From Candidatus Pacearchaeota archaeon (GTDB taxonomy: Bacteria; Patescibacteriota; Minisyncoccia; Minisyncoccales; UBA5738), in contig DAOSDI010000003.1 in NCBI GenBank assembly GCA_035362275.1, forward strand, positions 1 to 52,701: 52,701 bases of DNA. Reading direction: 5' to 3'. The first letter of the stretch is position 1. Every line of letters starts with the position of its first letter. A program made the position numbers and the translations under genes. Below are positions 51,537-52,701 of this stretch, piece by piece. The notes beneath the pieces were generated by a model. The model did no database searches, was not told where the DNA came from, and saw nothing but the letters and a program-made list of their open reading frames with translations.

Positions 51537-52701
51537 TTATTGCTCCACGCAATAGAGTGCTCGCGATTCCGCTAGGCAGGTGGAAGGATTTGGATAAGAA
51601 GCGGTGGCGAAACTGGCCCATCCAATATCTTTGCTGAAGTTGTTGCCGTATATTGTATAAGCAGTTGATCCTTTGGGAGAAAAACACAGTCCTTGAGGAG
51701 TGCCGGTTGGACTGCACAATTGCCCCGTCCAGCCGCCGGAACCATTGGGCGTAAAACCGGTCCAAACCGCCACCGGGCTTGCGGATGACGCGCCCGTTTC
51801 ATCATATTTGATTGGATGTTTCAGGTAATTATTATCGCCAGTATTTTTGGTGAAAAAATCCGTGGGGCTTTCGGCGACCTCAAAACATTCAGTGGTGCTA
51901 CAATTCCAAAAACGGGCGCCGGCCGGTAAAGCGACATAAGGGGTCGTGTTTGTGGTGCAATAATAAATTAATGCTTCATATGTTCCTCCTCCCAAATTTT
52001 TAGCGTGGTTCTGACAAATTTGATTTGCTCGGGTGCGATCAAAAAGTTGGTTAGAATCATAGGCTATACTTGTCACAAATATTCTTTTATTCTCTGCTCC
52101 CGGCGGCAATGTAGGTCCCGGCGGAGTGATACCGCTTAGCTCAAAACACTCTTTCCATGTTGAACAGCAATCATTTCCGATGCACAAGCCCTTATCTCCT
52201 TGGACAAATCCGGTAGCATGCAAATCCATATCGGTTTGATAACTATAAGCTTTCAATTCGCGACCATCGTTTCCCGCATCCAGCCGCAATTGGCCTTCGC
52301 CGGCATTGCCATTATGGAACTGGATGCCGGCTTTTTTCCCGGTGGTGGCAGTGTTTTCTGCCAGCGACAGCGTGAAATCGCCGCTTGAGCAACATTCCCC
52401 AGTACCGTCACGCGAGATATTGGTTGATCCAACCACCGTGAGCTTGTTTTGCGGCGAACTGGTGCCGATGCCGACATTGCCGCCATTATCGTTAATGATC
52501 ACTTTGGAGCTTGCCTTGCCGCCGCGGATATAGGTGTCTTCATCAACGGAGTAATTAAAGTGGCTTTTATTGGTGGTGCCGGCGAATACCGCGGTTCCTC
52601 CGTTGGCGGTGCCTCTGGCAACATACAAAGTGCCATCCGGCGAACTGGTGCCGATGCCGATGTTGTTGTTGCGGCCGGAGATAATTCCGCCGTTACTGCC
52701 G
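51537..52701 (-). CDS. Large secreted or fibre-like protein, partial (N-terminus off the right edge), with a Cys-rich C-terminal domain
   Basis: The reading frame stays open upstream of the listed TTG to the window end (..GSNGGIISGRNNNIGIGTSSPDGTLYVARG). The motif N(I/V)GIGTSSP..(K/T)L.V repeats. The C-terminal RIFVTS...ANQICQ...YCVEQ region resembles DUF1554-type domains. Confidence 0.7.
   Translation of the reverse strand, partial: GSNGGIISGRNNNIGIGTSSPDGTLYVARGTANGGTAVFAGTTNKSHFNYSVDEDTYIRGGKASSKVIINDNGGNVGIGTSSPQNKLTVVGSTNISRDGTGECCSSGDFTLSLAENTATTGKKAGIQFHNGNAGEGQLRLDAGNDGRELKAYSYQTDMDLHATGFVQGDKGLCIGNDCCSTWKECFELSGITPPGPTLPPGAENKRIFVTSIAYDSNQLFDRTRANQICQNHAKNLGGGTYEALIYYCTTNTTPYVALPAGARFWNCSTTECFEVAESPTDFFTKNTGDNNYLKHPIKYDETGASSASPVAVWTGFTPNGSGGWTGQLCSPTGTPQGLCFSPKGSTAYTIYGNNFSKDIGWASFATASYPNPSTCLAESRALYCVEQ

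Noticed and set aside
1-52701. Alternative genetic code (UGA recoding, as in some candidate phyla)
   Set aside because: Motif-verified genes end at TGA, including the ATGA overlaps at 24162 and 26762. No housekeeping ORF is interrupted by in-frame TGA.
1-52701. tRNA, rRNA, tmRNA, RNase P or SRP RNA genes
   Set aside because: I saw no T-loop/acceptor-type pattern (GGTTCGAATCC-like) or other diagnostic consensus in the intergenic regions. This is a by-eye negative, and a covariance-model scan would be needed to be sure.

Overview
This 52.7-kb window is gene-dense, mostly + strand, uses the standard genetic code (TGA works as a stop, including in ATGA start/stop overlaps), and has no rRNA, tRNA or CRISPR array that I could recognise. 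The content looks like an uncultivated, small-genome fermentative bacterium of the CPR/Patescibacteria type; that assignment is inference from gene content only.

Core genes recognised by catalytic motifs:
- Division, translation and folding: ftsZ, mnmA, cyclophilin, an RRM RNA-binding protein.
- Central metabolism: glyA, trxB, eno, gpmA, gap, acs, ppsA, a PfkB kinase, a GH3 NagZ-like hydrolase, two NUDIX hydrolases, a HIT protein.
- Redox: a GltB-type FMN protein with a small ferredoxin, a NuoF-like flavoprotein, and a CpI-type [FeFe]-hydrogenase.

Accessory content:
1. At 23.8-33.7 kb a small membrane protein is translationally coupled to a membrane-anchored Clp/Hsp100-like AAA+ protein with a degenerate first ATPase domain. 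Three large secreted cysteine-rich modular proteins follow. Two of them end in a 455-bp stretch with no mismatch seen.
2. At 31-38 kb there is a recombination/insertion hotspot. It holds orphan fragments of the nuoF-like gene (5' and 3') and of hydA (5'), a Y1 (IS200/RAYT-like) transposase flanked by matching hairpins, an orf128+NYN-domain cassette, and an unknown orf149. Together these separate the nuoF-like gene from hydA.
3. At least five families of short palindromic or TIR-bounded intergenic elements are present, one of them in three copies.
4. Three toxin-antitoxin-like pairs (HicAB, AbiEii-type, RelE/ParE-type) and a Fic protein are present. The AbiEii cassette is bracketed by a duplicated terminator+promoter unit.

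All functional calls rest on motifs read from the supplied translations. No database search was run.
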